Source of the DNA: Eledone cirrhosa
Lineage: Eukaryota
Direction: 5' to 3'
Length of the DNA: 64,000 nt
Assembly: GCA_964016885.1 (NCBI GenBank)
Contig: OZ024744.1
Coordinates: forward strand, 82,770,001-82,834,000
Shown here: positions 42,527 to 59,089 of the stretch, piece after piece
Layout: the number at the start of each line of letters is the position of its first letter
How positions within the stretch are numbered: position 1 is the first letter of the stretch
Translations under genes and position numbers: made by a program
The notes under the pieces: model-generated
Told to the model about the DNA's origin: nothing
Databases searched by the model: none
What the model saw: only the letters and a program-made list of their open reading frames with translations

Positions 42527-42904
42527 GTAATTTTAAAATTATGCGTATGTGTATGTGTGCGTGTACGGTGTGTATGTGTGTATGTATGCGTCGTATATTC
42601 GAATTAAAATATTTGCTTTCTACTCAAAAACAACAGTTAAACGTTATTATTAAATCTATTTCGAAAATTTTTTTAGAAAAAAAAATGTAAGGGAAAACAA
42701 AAACGAAAAAAAAAAAAAGACGAGAGAAAGCAAAATAAAAAAAATACAGAAAAAAAAGAATCTTTACATGACTACGTAATAAATTCTGAACATTTTAAAT
42801 AAAATAATAGACAAAAGAAATATACATGAAATTTATATAAAAAAAAGAAATATAAATTAAGAATATACTGTAAAAATAAAAAAATAAAAAAATAGTTATA
42901 AATT

Positions 42905-42961
42905 AAATAATAATAATGATGATGATGATGATGATGATGATGATAATAATGATGAAGATTC

Positions 42962-43009
<48 letters not shown>

Positions 43010-43103
43010 CAACAATAACAACAACAACAAAAATAATGATAATAATAATAATAATAATAACAACAACAACAACAACAATAATAATAGCAACAATAATAAT
43101 AAT

Positions 43104-43144
<41 letters not shown>

Positions 43145-43425
43145 TCACAACATCTTTCTCTTCTTTTCCCACACCCGATGAACGTTTAATCTTTGAGGAC
43201 TAAAAATATTAGATTTAAGATTTTTGATTTTTGATTTTCTTCGTTGTTTGACAAATGTTTTACATCAATGGTAGTCTTATATTTTTCCTTTTTTTTTCTT
43301 CATATTTCTTGTTTCTTGTTTTCTTCTTCTTAACAATAGGAAATTTAACGGAAACAGTTGAAAATAAAATAAAATAAAATAAAATAAAATAAAATAAAAT
43401 AAAATAAAATAAAATAAAATAAAAA
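42905..43425. repeat. (GAT)n/(AAT)n/(AAC)n and (AAAAT)n microsatellites
   Basis: Read directly from the sequence. Confidence 0.9.
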
Positions 43426-43779
43426 TATTTTTTATATAAACTAAAGAAAATACAAATGACATAAGAAACAGTTAAAATCAAAACACAAACACATTCTCAC
43501 ACACGCATTCTGACACACACATTCACAAACACGCTCACGCTCACGCACACTCACACATTTGTGAAGTATGTTTGTGCCTATGCATGTATAATTATATGTA
43601 TGTTTGATGGTATGTATGTATGTTTATACGTATGTATGTATGTATGTATGTATGTATGTATGTATGTTGGTATGTATGTAAGTTTGTTGTTATTTAGGTG
43701 TGTATGTTTCTACGTGCATGTACATATATATGTATATGTACATATATATATATATATATATACATAAATAAATATATAG

Positions 43780-43850
<71 letters not shown>

Positions 43851-44247
43851 CATTCATGCACACAGGCAACGAAACAGACAAATAGACTCACACACACATT
43901 TACGTGCACAAAAAAGTGTTTATGTTTAAACCTACGAAGATAAGCGTAGTTACGTACATAAACACACGTTTACACCTACACATGCAAAGAATATATATAA
44001 ATGAATCAAATTATGCGAAAAAACTTTCTCAAAATGTTTTTTTCTTCTTTTTAATGAGTAGAAAATATAAAAATGAGATAAGATCAAGATTATTGGCGGA
44101 TGAAATAAAAATGTCTAACTTTGGGATGTCACAGATTTGAAAAGAAGTGAATAGTTAATTGAATAGAAATCTAGTATATAACTGGTACTCGTATAATCGA
44201 TTACAGAAGCATAAAGAAATTGCAAAATATTCTGACATGCGTCTAAA

Positions 44248-44700
44248 TAATTGTTTTTACTTTTGGGACAAGGTTAGCAATTACTCAGTGCATTACAGGT
44301 ACTTTAATTTATCGACCCCGTATGGGTGAAAAGAAAAGTTAACATCGCCGGGATTTATTAATGTAATAATTGTTTCTACTTTTGGCACAAGGCCAGCAAT
44401 TATCCAGTGCATTACTGGTACTTTATTTTATCGACCCTTTAAGGATGAAAGGCAAAGTTAACCTCGGCGGGATTTGAATTCAGACCGTAAAGAGACGTAA
44501 CTATGCTGGAAAGGATAGCGTCCGACCCCTACCAATACTGCAAATTCACCGGGTTTCTAATTTAGGCGTTATAACCGACCACATCAATGCCAGTTCCTCA
44601 CTTTAATTTTGTTTCACCAATCAGAGAAGCAGGGAAAATAAAGTTGATTTCGGCGGGATTCGAACGCAGAACTTAAAGAATTGAAACGAATTGAAACGAA
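44248..44700 (-). mobile_element. SINE cluster (truncated, full and diverged copies)
   Basis: Core and B-box motifs in reverse orientation. Confidence 0.85.
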
Positions 44701-44782
44701 TACCACATGTCATTTTGTCCGTTGTTTTACTCATTCTATCAAATGTTAAATATTTAGTCAATGGTGTCGAAATAGGGGGACA

Positions 44783-44826
44783 ACCGTGTATGCATTTCAG
44801 GCTTAAATGGCCTTCGTCAGGACGGT
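44783..44826 (-). ncRNA. Minimal type I hammerhead motif
   Basis: ACCGT-C-CTGACGA-AGGC[CATTTAA]GCCT-GAAA-TGCA-TA^-C-ACGGT, with a palindromic stem III and one mismatch at the base of stem I. Confidence 0.72.
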
Positions 44827-44990
44827 CCCTCCCACCGCTTGCGACTGCTGGACTAGAAGACGGCTGAGAATGAATATATATATATTTATATATAAATGAA
44901 GTAATTCCGTCGGAAAAGTCCAAGAAAAAAGAGTGCTCTATGTAGGTTACAGAGCTTAATAGTTATGTAATAAACAACATAAGATAATTA

Positions 44991-45051
44991 TTTCATTTAC
45001 CAGTGGTTTCTTGAAAGCAAACAAAATTTGCCTTCAATCATCAGAATGAAA
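44991..45051 (-). ncRNA. Type I hammerhead ribozyme motif
   Basis: Reverse complement of 45398-45458. Confidence 0.85.
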
Positions 45052-45397
45052 AAATCCTGGTGTATTTATTGACAATGGATTTTAAAACCAAAAACATAAT
45101 CTATATGAAAGTGAGGCTGGAAAAGGAAGAAGGAAAGGAAAAATAAACACACATGCACACACACACATAAACATACACACACATATATACATACACACAT
45201 ATATATACATACATATATATATATACATACATACATATATACATATATGTGTATGTATATGTGTGTGTATGTATATGTGTGTGTGTGTGTGTGCATGTGT
45301 GTTTATTTTTTCTTTCCTTCTTCCTTTCCCAGCCTCACTTTCATATAGATTATATTTTTGTTTTTAAAATCCATTGTCAATAAATACACCAGGATTT

Positions 45398-45458
45398 TTT
45401 CATTCTGATGATTGAAGGCAAATTTTGTTTGCTTTCAAGAAACCACTGGTAAATGAAA
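45398..45458 (+). ncRNA. Type I hammerhead ribozyme motif
   Basis: TTTCATT-CTGATGA-TTGAAGGCAAA[TTTTG]TTTGCTTTCAA-GAAA-CCACTGG-TA^-AATGAAA. Confidence 0.87.
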
Positions 45459-45506
45459 TAATTATCTCATGTTGTTTATTACATAACTATTTATATATAT
45501 ATATAT

Positions 45507-45624
45507 GGAAACGTATGACCCCGACGGCAGAGCTCAAGCCCTTTCGACGGCTATTTCATACTTCCCACTCTACTACTCAAAGTATTGAGTACTCTGGTGC
45601 GTTATGGTCCATCTGGTTCCTTTG

Positions 45625-45684
<60 letters not shown>

Positions 45685-45768
45685 ATACTTTGGGAGGGTC
45701 ATGTTGCCAATATCGGTTTCAATACAGGTTTTCAGATAAAGAATCTTGCTAAACAAATTCAGAAACGA

Positions 45769-45810
<42 letters not shown>

Positions 45811-46310
45811 CAATATATTAATAAATGGAAACTATATTTATAAAACCATAATTATCTTATTATATATAACCAAGGCAAATCATGGTGCGCTTTCATCAGA
45901 TAAAATACAGATTTGTTTTATAAATAAATATTGACATACCCGGAAAAAAGACAACTTTAACGGTTGAAGCTTCCTGGATAGTGGGGATAATATTTTATTG
46001 AGGGTAATACAAAGTTGTGAGTGAGTATGCAAATGAGTGTCCGAAAAATTGAAAAGACAACGGTTTATTTAAATTAAACTGTTGGAAGAAGAGGATATGT
46101 AAAAGGAGGAGAGAGTAAATATTAAGAGGGAGAGAAAATAATTTGCCTTGGTTGCCCTTGAAATATATATAATAAAATAATTATGGTTTAATAAATATAG
46201 TTTCCATTTATTAATATATTGAATATTTACTCCACTAAACTGTTGGGTGCTTTATAACAGCTATAACAAATGTTAAGCTTGTTGAATCCCAACAAATTAA
46301 ATATAACCTC

Positions 46311-46341
<31 letters not shown>

Positions 46342-46495
46342 CGAAGGAAGTATGGTAAGGAACCAGGTGGACCATAACGCATCAGAATACTTTAAATTTT
46401 TGCTAATAGAGTGGGTAAAAGCAGCGATTTCTGTCTAGAAGTAGCCGTCGAAACGGCTTGATCTCTGCCGTCGGGGTCCTGACTATTTTCCTATA
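45507..46495. mobile_element. Chain of four (TA)n-separated arm-plus-tail elements (45507-45625, 45678-45770, 45810-46315, 46340-46495)
   Basis: Each is homologous to a family seen at 28200, 24632 or 32915. Confidence 0.72.
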
Positions 46496-46519
46496 TATAT
46501 ATATATATATATAAATAAT

Positions 46520-47814
46520 CTGCTGTTTGTCCTTGCCCTGATACTCCTGTCCGTCATATTGCGAAAAGTCGGAGCAGGATACAAGTTGGGAAGAGGAGAG
46601 CTTACCATCAATCACCTCCCCTTCATGGACGATCTTAAACTCTTTGGGAAAAGTGAGAAGGAGTTGGATGTACTTGTTGACACTGTCCGTATTTTCAGCA
46701 ATGATATATGTATGCAATTTGGTATTAATAAGTGTGGAGTCCTAGTGATGAAGAGGGTTAAATTGAGCAGAAGCAACGGAATCCAGGTACCAACAGGTAA
46801 GATGATAAGGGAAATTGACACTGAAAAAGGATACAAATATTTAGGTGTTCTGGAGGCAGATGACATCAAGAACAAAAAAATGAAGGAATTGATAAGATCT
46901 GAATACATAAAGAGAGTAAGGAACGTATTAAAATCACATCTAAAGAGTTGAAATGTTATAAGTGCAGTAAATTCCCGAGCTGTGTCTATTATTAGGTACA
47001 GTGCAGGAATTCTGAAATGGAATGTTGCTGAACAAAAAGAAATGGATAGGAAGACTAGGAAGCTAATGACTATCTACAACATGTTCCACAAGAGAAGTGA
47101 TGGCGATAGACTCTACTTAAAGAGATCTGAAGGTGGAAGAGGTCTTATCAACACAGAGGGCTGTGTTCAGATAGAGAAAAACAACCTACACAAATACGTG
47201 ACTGATAGTAGGGAGCCAATGCTCAGAATTGTACTGAAGGAGAGGACAATAGACCAGGGGATGTCCAAGGAGGAAATAAAAACAAGGAGAAAGTGCAACC
47301 TTCATGAAAAATCCCTTCATAGTACCTTCTTTGAGAAAACTGAATTTAGAGATCCACAGACATGGAACTGGTTGAAAAGAGGAGACCTTAAAAAGGCTAC
47401 AGAAGGAATGCTAATGGCTGCGCAAGAGCAGGCCCTCAAAACGAAGTGGCTGAAACACCATATTTACAAGGAGGAGACTAGCCCACTGTGCAGGGTCTGT
47501 GGAGAGAGAGAGGAGACTGTGGCTCACATTGTATCCGAGTATAAACACCTAGCCCAGACTCACTATAAAGGCTGGAGACATGATGTGATGGGCAGGGTGA
47601 TCCACTGGCACCTATGCAAAGTAAACAATTTACCACATTCTGAGAAGTGGTATGAGCATAAGCCAGAGTCGGTGATAGAAAACGGTACCTTATGTTTTGG
47701 GTACCTTATGTTTCGTTAACGACAAGAAAATACAAAAAATGATACTTTAAAACAGCTTAAGGTTACAAACCTTTTCCCCCGCAGTCTTGTGCGTCTTCTA
47801 ACATGTGCGTCCAA

Positions 47815-47847
<33 letters not shown>

Positions 47848-48430
47848 AATAATGTGAAGGTGCTGTGGGATTTTAGGGTACAGACGGACAAGAAAATGGA
47901 ACACAATAGACCTGACCTGGTGGTTTTGGACAAGGAAAAAAGATCGTGCCTGATTGTGGATGTGGCCTGCCCATTCGACACGAGAGTGCAAGAGAGGCGA
48001 GGGAGAAAATTAACCTTCTCTTGCACTCTCGTGTCGAATGGGCAGGCCACATCCACAATCAGGCACGATCTTTTTTCCTTGTCCAAAACCACCAGGTCAG
48101 GTCTATTGTGTTCCAGTTTCTTGTCCGTCTGTATCCTAAAATCCCACAGCACCTCCAGGACTTAAAGTTGGAGGTAAAAAGGATTTGGAACTGCCATGAA
48201 ATGAAAGTGGTCCCGATTGTCATAGGCGCACTAGGTACTATCTCAAAGAGTTTCCAGAGATGGTTAAAGAAAATTGGCCCAGCCCCGCTTTTTGGAACAC
48301 TTTCAAAAGGCATGTTTGCTGGGAACAGCAAGAACACTCCGATAGGTCCTGAATATCTGATGGTGCAGGTAGTGGCTTGATATTCATTTCAACAAACTTT
48401 CCAGTTAACCAACATCAATGACTGAGACTC
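46520..48430 (+). mobile_element. 5'-truncated R4/Dong-type non-LTR retrotransposon (RT C-terminus, CCHC, RLE) with (AAT)n tail
   Basis: INHLPFMDDLKLF, YKYLGV, RLYLKRSEGGRGL, AAQEQAL, CRVCGEREETVAHIVS, RHD, LWDF..RPDLVV..DVACP and VPIVIGALG. Interrupted at 47690-47852 and 48012-48153. Confidence 0.9.
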
Positions 48431-48439
48431 AAATAACAA

Positions 48440-48470
<31 letters not shown>

Positions 48471-48477
48471 AATAATG

Positions 48478-48707
48478 ATTTCTTTATTGGCCACAAGGGC
48501 TGACATCAAGAAAAACATTACAGACGTCACAGGAGGGTACAGGACGGAACGATGTGGGTTTTGTGCGTGTAAACATTTTTATTATTTATATAAGAAAAGA
48601 AAAAGGACATAGAAACATATATATAAACAATAAAAATGAAAATTGAAACAATGAAAATTGAAACATGAAAATTGAAACATGAAAAATTTCCCAATAGGGG
48701 GAAACCC

Positions 48708-48749
<42 letters not shown>

Positions 48750-48925
48750 TTTTATTTATTAGCCACAAGCGCCGACATGTAGGGGACAATACAAAGACAG
48801 GGACAGTGGGGTTTACAATAAGGTCGAGTAAAAGTGCACAATGGCAAGACTAATTTAACAATGAAGATATAAAATATAAAATAAACTAGGCATAAATAAA
48901 ACGATAAATTCCCCGATAGGGGAAT
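48478..48925 (-). mobile_element. Two short 3'-UTR fragments of Tx1-like LINEs embedded in (AAT)n
   Basis: The ends cccttgtggccaataaagaaatcatta and cttgtggctaataaataaaatcatta match the 3' end cccttgtggttaataaagaaaacatta at 3256-3282. Confidence 0.75.
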
Positions 48926-49057
48926 AATAATCATAATTTCAGAAGATCCCGTTATGGGTGAAAGCAGCGATTTTTGCTTGAACTTTAATCTATTCTTATA
49001 ACACACACTTGCTTTGCTTGAACTTTAATCTATTCTTATAACACACACACACACACG

Positions 49058-49176
<119 letters not shown>

Positions 49177-49384
49177 TAGGCTAGGGATTCAGGACACCGT
49201 CGAATTAACTTTTCGTTAAATGTGTAGCCAAGTAGCGATTAGCATTAACATTATATTAATTGAATTGATATACAAATAAATGAATATATAATCCATTACC
49301 TTGTTTATAAGATGGACATTAATAAACTCTATGACACAGTTTAGATTTGATTCTAATCACGAAGTGTCTGCTATTATTATATAT

Positions 49385-50507
49385 GGATTGGCAGTATCTG
49401 TAGCGGGTCGGACGCCATGCTTTGCAGCAGAGAGTTACGGCCCTTTATGATCTGAGTTCAAATCCCGCCGATGTTAACTTTACCTTTCATCCTTACGAGG
49501 TCGATAAAATAAAGTACTAGTCACGCACTGGGGTCGATTTAATCGACTTTCCCCTCCCCCAAAATTTCTGGCCTTGTGCCTATTTAAGAAACCATTATTA
49601 TATTTGGATTGGCAGTATCGGTAGAGGGCCGGAGCCCATGCTTTGTAGGAGTTATCGTCCTTTACGTTCTGAGTTCAAATCCCACTGAGGTTAATTTTGC
49701 CTTTCATCCTTAAAGCACCAGTAATACACTGGGGTATTTGCTGGCCTTATGCCTAAAGTAAAAACAAGTATAATATTTTGTTCCCACCGAGGTTAGCTTT
49801 GCTTTTCATCCTTACGGGGTCGATAAAATAAAGTACCAGTAATACACTGAGGTCGATTTAATCGACTTTCCCTTTCCTCAAAAATTGTTGGCCTTGTGGC
49901 TAAAGTGAAATCCCGGCAAGGCAAAGTTAATGCACAAGTCCAGCAATGACCCAGTGTATTACTGGTACTTTATTTTATCGACCCCGTAAGGATGAAAGGC
50001 AAAGTTAACCTCGGCGGGATTTGAACTCAGAATGGCAAGGGCCGTAGCTATGCGTCAAAGCATGGCGTCCGACTCTCTACCGATACTGCCATAATAAAGA
50101 TTTCTAGTATAGGCGCAAGGCCAGTAATTTGGGTGGAGGGGAAAGTCGTTTAAATCGACCCCAGTATGTTACTGGTGTTTTATTTTATCAACCCCATAGG
50201 GATGAAAAGCAAAGTTAACCTCGGGGGGATTTGAACTCAGATCGTATATGACGGTAACTCTATGATGTCCGACTCGCTACCGATACTGCCAATGCCCCGC
50301 CCTTAGACGACATGTAATAATAATTGTTTCTACTTTTAGCACAAGACCAGCAATTACCCAGTACATTACTGGTACTTTATTTTATCGACCCCGTAAGGAT
50401 GAAAGGCAAAGTTGACCTCGGCGGGATTTGATCTCAGAATAGAAAGGGCCGTAACTCTATGCGTCAAAGCATGACGCCCGACCCTCTACCGTTACTGCCA
50501 ATCCACC
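49385..50507. mobile_element. SINE cluster: 3 copies on + (49385-49905) facing 3 copies on - (49930-50507)
   Basis: Repeated A/B-box, core and tail motifs. Confidence 0.9.
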
Positions 50508-50947
50508 AATAATAATATGTAGTATTTTTATTATTTGTTTTTGAATTCTATATGCATTGTAAAATGAAGACGAAAAGTCGATGTAATCCATTAATCCACT
50601 CCACTCCCATTTATGATATGTTTGCTTAATGCGTATGATCGGTGAAATTAGGACTCAGTCAGAAGAGCGAAGCATTGAACCATAAATAGTCTAGGATTTA
50701 GTACAGTGATATTCACTGATAATTAAATGTTGAATGGCTATTTAGAAAAAATTAGATTTGTACAACAATCCCGTGTCATGTAGACATCAGTTACTGAACT
50801 GCGTGACAGTTTTGTTTACATATTAACATACAATATATAAAACGAATTAATACTTTAAAATAAATAATGTGTCTTTAAGGGAAAAACATTCGGCGATGAA
50901 GTCACCTCCACATCCTTCGATAAAATATATGCTGACATACACACGCA

Positions 50948-50987
<40 letters not shown>

Positions 50988-51023
50988 GAGACACACAGAC
51001 ACACACTCACACACACGTACGCG

Positions 51024-51059
<36 letters not shown>

Positions 51060-51061
<2 letters not shown>

Positions 51062-51389
51062 GTGGAACTTCGGTTCACGAACGCCTCTCATCACTGACAT
51101 TTTTTTTCGTACATAAGACGTCTCGGTAACGAAAAGACCCTCGAATAACGAACACGGAAGCAGGCAATAACAGTTGGCAACAAAGCGTCACAGCAAGAAA
51201 GGGTCGCTTGTCGTGTAGTTAGTTATTATGGTGATATCTATATATATTTCACACACAACCGCTCTCTCTCTTTCTCTCTCTCTCTCTCTGAATCTCTCTC
51301 TCAACCTTTCGTATGTTTTGGTTTACGAACATTTCAAGTAACGAACAGCCGTTAGTAGCGAATTGAGTTCGTGATCCGAGATTCTACTG
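51060..51389. mobile_element. Tc1/mariner (Tigger/pogo-like) MITE
   Basis: TIRs (c)AGTGGAACTTCGGTTCACGAAC / GTTCGTGATCCGAGATTCTACTG flanked by TA. Confidence 0.8.
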
Positions 51390-51815
51390 TATGCACAAAC
51401 TTCTTACGTACACATACAGCTACCGGACTAATAGTAAAATTTCGTCTTACATAAACTCTATAAAATACGTTTTCATAATTATATATAAAAGATATGACTA
51501 CGTAAATGCAAATACTAGATCATAATGTCTTTATCCATGGTGAAATTACGCAGTACATGTGTGGTTTCAATGTCAGTTCTCTAGAAGTAAATGTTATGTG
51601 AATGTAAAATGTATGATTGATCACGCGCTGTGATTCGTTTCGCAGTGCATCTTGAACATAACCAAACAGTTTACTTTCAAGACAGCGCTGAAAGACATTT
51701 CAAAATGTCCAATACAGAAACACTCCCCGTTCACGACATGGTTAAGAATAAATGAAACATATGAAACTGCCAGAGAGCATTACTACTGCGTAATTCCTTA
51801 CCATTATTTCTCTTC

Positions 51816-53691
51816 GGTGGCGGTGAATTGGCAGTATCGGTAGAGGGTCGGACGCCATGCTTTCTAGCATAGTTACATCCCTTTACGGTTTGAGTTCAAA
51901 TCCCGCCGAAGTTTACTTTGTCTTTCATCCTTACAGGGTCGATAAAATAAAGTAGCAGTAATGCACTGGGTAATTGCTGGCCTTGTGCCAAAAGTAGAAA
52001 CAATTATTTCTCTTCGGTGGATTGGCAGTATTGGTAGAGGGTCGGACACCGTTCTTTGCAGCAAAGAGTTACGGCCCTTTATGGTCTGAGTTCAAATCTC
52101 GCCGTGGTTAACTTTGCCTTTCACCCTTACGGGGTCGATAAAATAAAGTACCAGTAATACACTGCGGTAAATGCTGGCCTTGTGCCAAAAGTAGAAACAA
52201 TTATTTCGCTTACAATAATATATATAGAGAGAATACGTTGGATGAGATAACATACTCCCTAGAATAAATATTGGCAGTATCGGTAGAGGGTCGGACACCA
52301 TACTTTCCAGCATAGTTACGTCCCTTTACGGCCTGAGTTCAAATCCCGCCGAGGTTAACTTTGCCTTTCATCCTTACGGGGTCGATAAAATAAAGTACCA
52401 GTAATGTACTGGGTAATTGCTGGCCTTGTGCCAAAAGTAGAAACAATTATTATTAAGTACATCGTAAGGAAACTGTAAAATTGTAATTCAGATTAATATT
52501 ATTGCCTGTGAAAAATAGGTCTATTGGCAGCATCAGTAGAGCATCGGACAGCGTTTGCGGCATATAGTTACGGTCCTTTACGTTCTAAGTTCAAATCCAG
52601 CCGAGCTTAGCTTTACATTTCATATTTACGGGGTCGATAAAATAAAGCACGAGTAACAATCAGTGATCAATTTAATCGACTTTCTCATTCTCTTCAAATT
52701 GCTGGCCTTGTGCCAAAAGTAGAAACGATTATTATTGTCTCTGAAATCACAAAGTTTGAAGATATTCACAAATATAAAGCGGCAGATGAAGTTTCGCTTC
52801 TCGTCAAAGAGTAGCAGAGGTCAAACTATCGAATGATCGGTCGCTTTCCGATAGGTTCTTGGCTCTGGGATCATACCCCTACTCGCTGCTATCGGGACAA
52901 TTCTGGCTACATTCCGGGGCGTTTTCTCCATTCTGTCTACTGGGACTACGAGATGGCCTGCTCCTACTCACAAGACAGCACTACCTCACTACTGCCGGGC
53001 CAGCATCAATGGAGGAGCGATGCCGTTATGATTGTGATACATTACATTAAGTTACTAAACGGCCCTTGCCATTCTAAGTTCAAATCCCGCCGAGGTTAAC
53101 TTTGCCTTTCATCCTTACGGGGGTCGATAAAATAAAGTACCAGTAATGCACTGGGTAATTGCTGGCCTTGTGCCTAACGTAGAAACAATTACATTAAGTT
53201 ACCAAACGAAATAATTATCTACTAATAAAAACTTTTGCAGTTGCTTCCCTATTAATGTAATAATTGTCTCTACTTTTGGCACAAGACCAGCAATTATCCA
53301 GTGCATTACTGGTACTTCATTTTATAAAAATGAGATAAGATCAAGATTATTGGCGGATGAAATAAAAATGTCTAACTTTGAGATGTCACAGATTTAAAAA
53401 GAAGTGAATAGTTAATTGAATAGAAAGCCAGTATATAACTGGTACTCGTATAATCGATTACAGAAGCATAAAGAAATTGCAAAATATTCTGACATGCGTC
53501 TAAATAATTGTTTCTACTTTTGGGACACGGTCAGCAATTACTCAGTGCATTACAGGTACTTTAATTTATCGACCCCGTAAGGATGAAAGGCAAATTTAAC
53601 CCTGGCGGGATTTGAACTCAGACCATAAAGGGTCGTAACTCTTTGCTGCAAAGCATGGCGTACGACCCTCTACCGATACTGACAATCCACA
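51816..53691. mobile_element. SINE cluster (5 copies on +, 2 on -)
   Basis: Copies at 51816, 52016, 52271, 52524 and 53060 (+), and 53260 and 53507 (-). Confidence 0.88.
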
Positions 53692-53867
53692 TAATAATAC
53701 TGTCAAACGATATATAAGGATAGACATTGTGATATTGCTGGATATCGTAGTAGTACAACGGATATTTACACCCCATGAATTTATTTTCCACCCTTCATTT
53801 AAATATGTACACACACACACGCACGCATGGATATATAGTATATATATATATACATTTATATATATAT

Positions 53868-56632
<2,765 letters not shown>

Positions 56633-56637
56633 ATATA

Positions 56638-56687
<50 letters not shown>

Positions 56688-57062
56688 TATATATACAATA
56701 TATATATATATATATATATATAAGGATTAGAATACTGGAGCGTGTTGGAGTTAAACACCCTCTTCGTATTATAGAAATGAGATATATATATATATACTTT
56801 GAGAAAAACAACAAACCCACCATCTCAACTCTACTTTTGAAAAGCCGAAGAACTGCGAAACCGGTAAAGGAAACAAATAAATATATATTTAAAAAAAAAA
56901 AAGACTTCACTTGCATTTTCGATTTCATCTTTTTTCTTTATACTTTCACTCGTGTAGGACATCTCGTTTTTTTTTCATTTTGTAAAAAAACGTCACTTTC
57001 TAATGTATATATATATATATAAACACACACACACATATATATATATATATACACGATATATA

Positions 57063-57112
<50 letters not shown>

Positions 57113-57227
57113 ATAATAATAAAATTGAAGACTAAAATCCAAAGAGGGCTCGATAAGGAAAATATATATCAAATATATAAGAACCGTAAGCAGCGATTCT
57201 TTGCTTAAACTTTAATCTGTTATTTTA

Positions 57228-57269
<42 letters not shown>

Positions 57270-57424
57270 TATATATCGTGTATATATATATGTGTGTGTG
57301 TGTTTATATATATATATATACATTAGAAAGTGACGTTTTTTTACAAAATATATATATATATATATAGGAACCAGTAAGACCCCGACAGCTGAGCTCAAGC
57401 CGTTTCGACGGCTAATTCTGGATT

Positions 57425-57542
<118 letters not shown>

Positions 57543-57609
57543 ATACATATATATATATATAAATATATATAAATATATATACATATATATATGTATACAT
57601 ATATATATG

Positions 57610-57713
<104 letters not shown>

Positions 57714-59089
57714 TATATGTACGTGTGCGTGTACATGAAGAAATTTGTTAATTAATGTGTTCCGTGCATATCAGAAGCAGCAAACGTCCGAATGACTCCC
57801 TAACTAAGAGAATTGTTTGCCGTTACATGTACCTTAAATAAACTGTGTGGTCCCCTGTTGCCATTCCAGCATTTTAACTGCACTTTAGTCGGGATTTTAC
57901 TGCAAGCTTCAAAATAATGGATTGGTAAACTTCAAAATTTGAAATGTGTGCGTTCCAATACGAATGACTGCGATATTAGTCGAGTACTATAAATAATAGT
58001 TGAGATAATCGGGTAAATTGCTCCTGGAGACGGAAAAACTGGAGTAAAGCGCTTACGAAAAATTGAATTGCAAATATCTCCGACGCCGGGACGGTACGTT
58101 AACCGCGACGCTAAAGAGCCGGTGGCTATCTTTTCTGTTTTTTTTTAGAAGATTTTAAGTCTGTATGTAGAAATGTAAAGAAAGTATTTGGCATAAGAGC
58201 TGTTAGGAAATATTGAAATTTGAAATGTTTGTGTCTCAACGCAAATGACTATAGTAATAGTTGATTACTATAAATCATAGTTAAGAAAACGGCATAAAGT
58301 ACCTCTGGAGACGAATAAAAAGGGGACAGAGATATCTGTGAGGAACTACAGGATCTGAGAGATGCGGTGTAGTCAATTTTTTCCTGTCTCGACGAGTATT
58401 TTACTAAATTTTCACAACTATTATTGATAGTGATGTATTGGTGTTATGATCCTTTGTATTGGGACGCACACGTTTCAAATATAAAAAAAACAAATGTAGT
58501 CCACTGCATGACTGATATTCAGCAAATTCTCATTATTCTTCGTTTACTCTACCATGACTTAGAATTAAGACTGAAATGTGCGCCATTTTTTTATCATATC
58601 ACCAATGAAGTTCAGATAGCTAATGCTGTTGAAGTTCATATTAAAATACAAAGTTTAAATCAGCTGCAACATCGCACATTTGATTGCATTATATATAGTT
58701 TATGTTAACATTATATATAGTTTATGTTAACGAGGCAGGTTCGTCCTTTGATGTCTCGGATGTCTCTGAAAATTCAGGTAAATTGTACATGCACATCACT
58801 CTCCTAGTATATTTTAAACATACATATTAAGAATGCAACAACTGGTATTACACATATGATTTAATGAAGACTCATCACAGTTCTGAATGAGCTGCATTTT
58901 CCTCGTCACCTGTCGTTCCAATCGTCTGTATAAAATACCACAGATTTTCAATAAAAGTAAAATGCTGCTCAGAAGATAGTAGATAAATGATAGTAGATAA
59001 AACGTCGATGCTCTCTATGAACGCATTATTTATAATTTTTTTTTCTTTTTAGCAACAACACCGAGAAACTATTTCATAACCTTTTCATA

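Larger units (their letters stand above)
44885..45490. mobile_element. Inverted-arm element with two divergent hammerheads (arms 44959-45170 / 45275-45489) and tail 44885-44958 (-)
   Basis: The arms are near-perfect reverse complements. Same family as 11295-11478. Confidence 0.82.
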
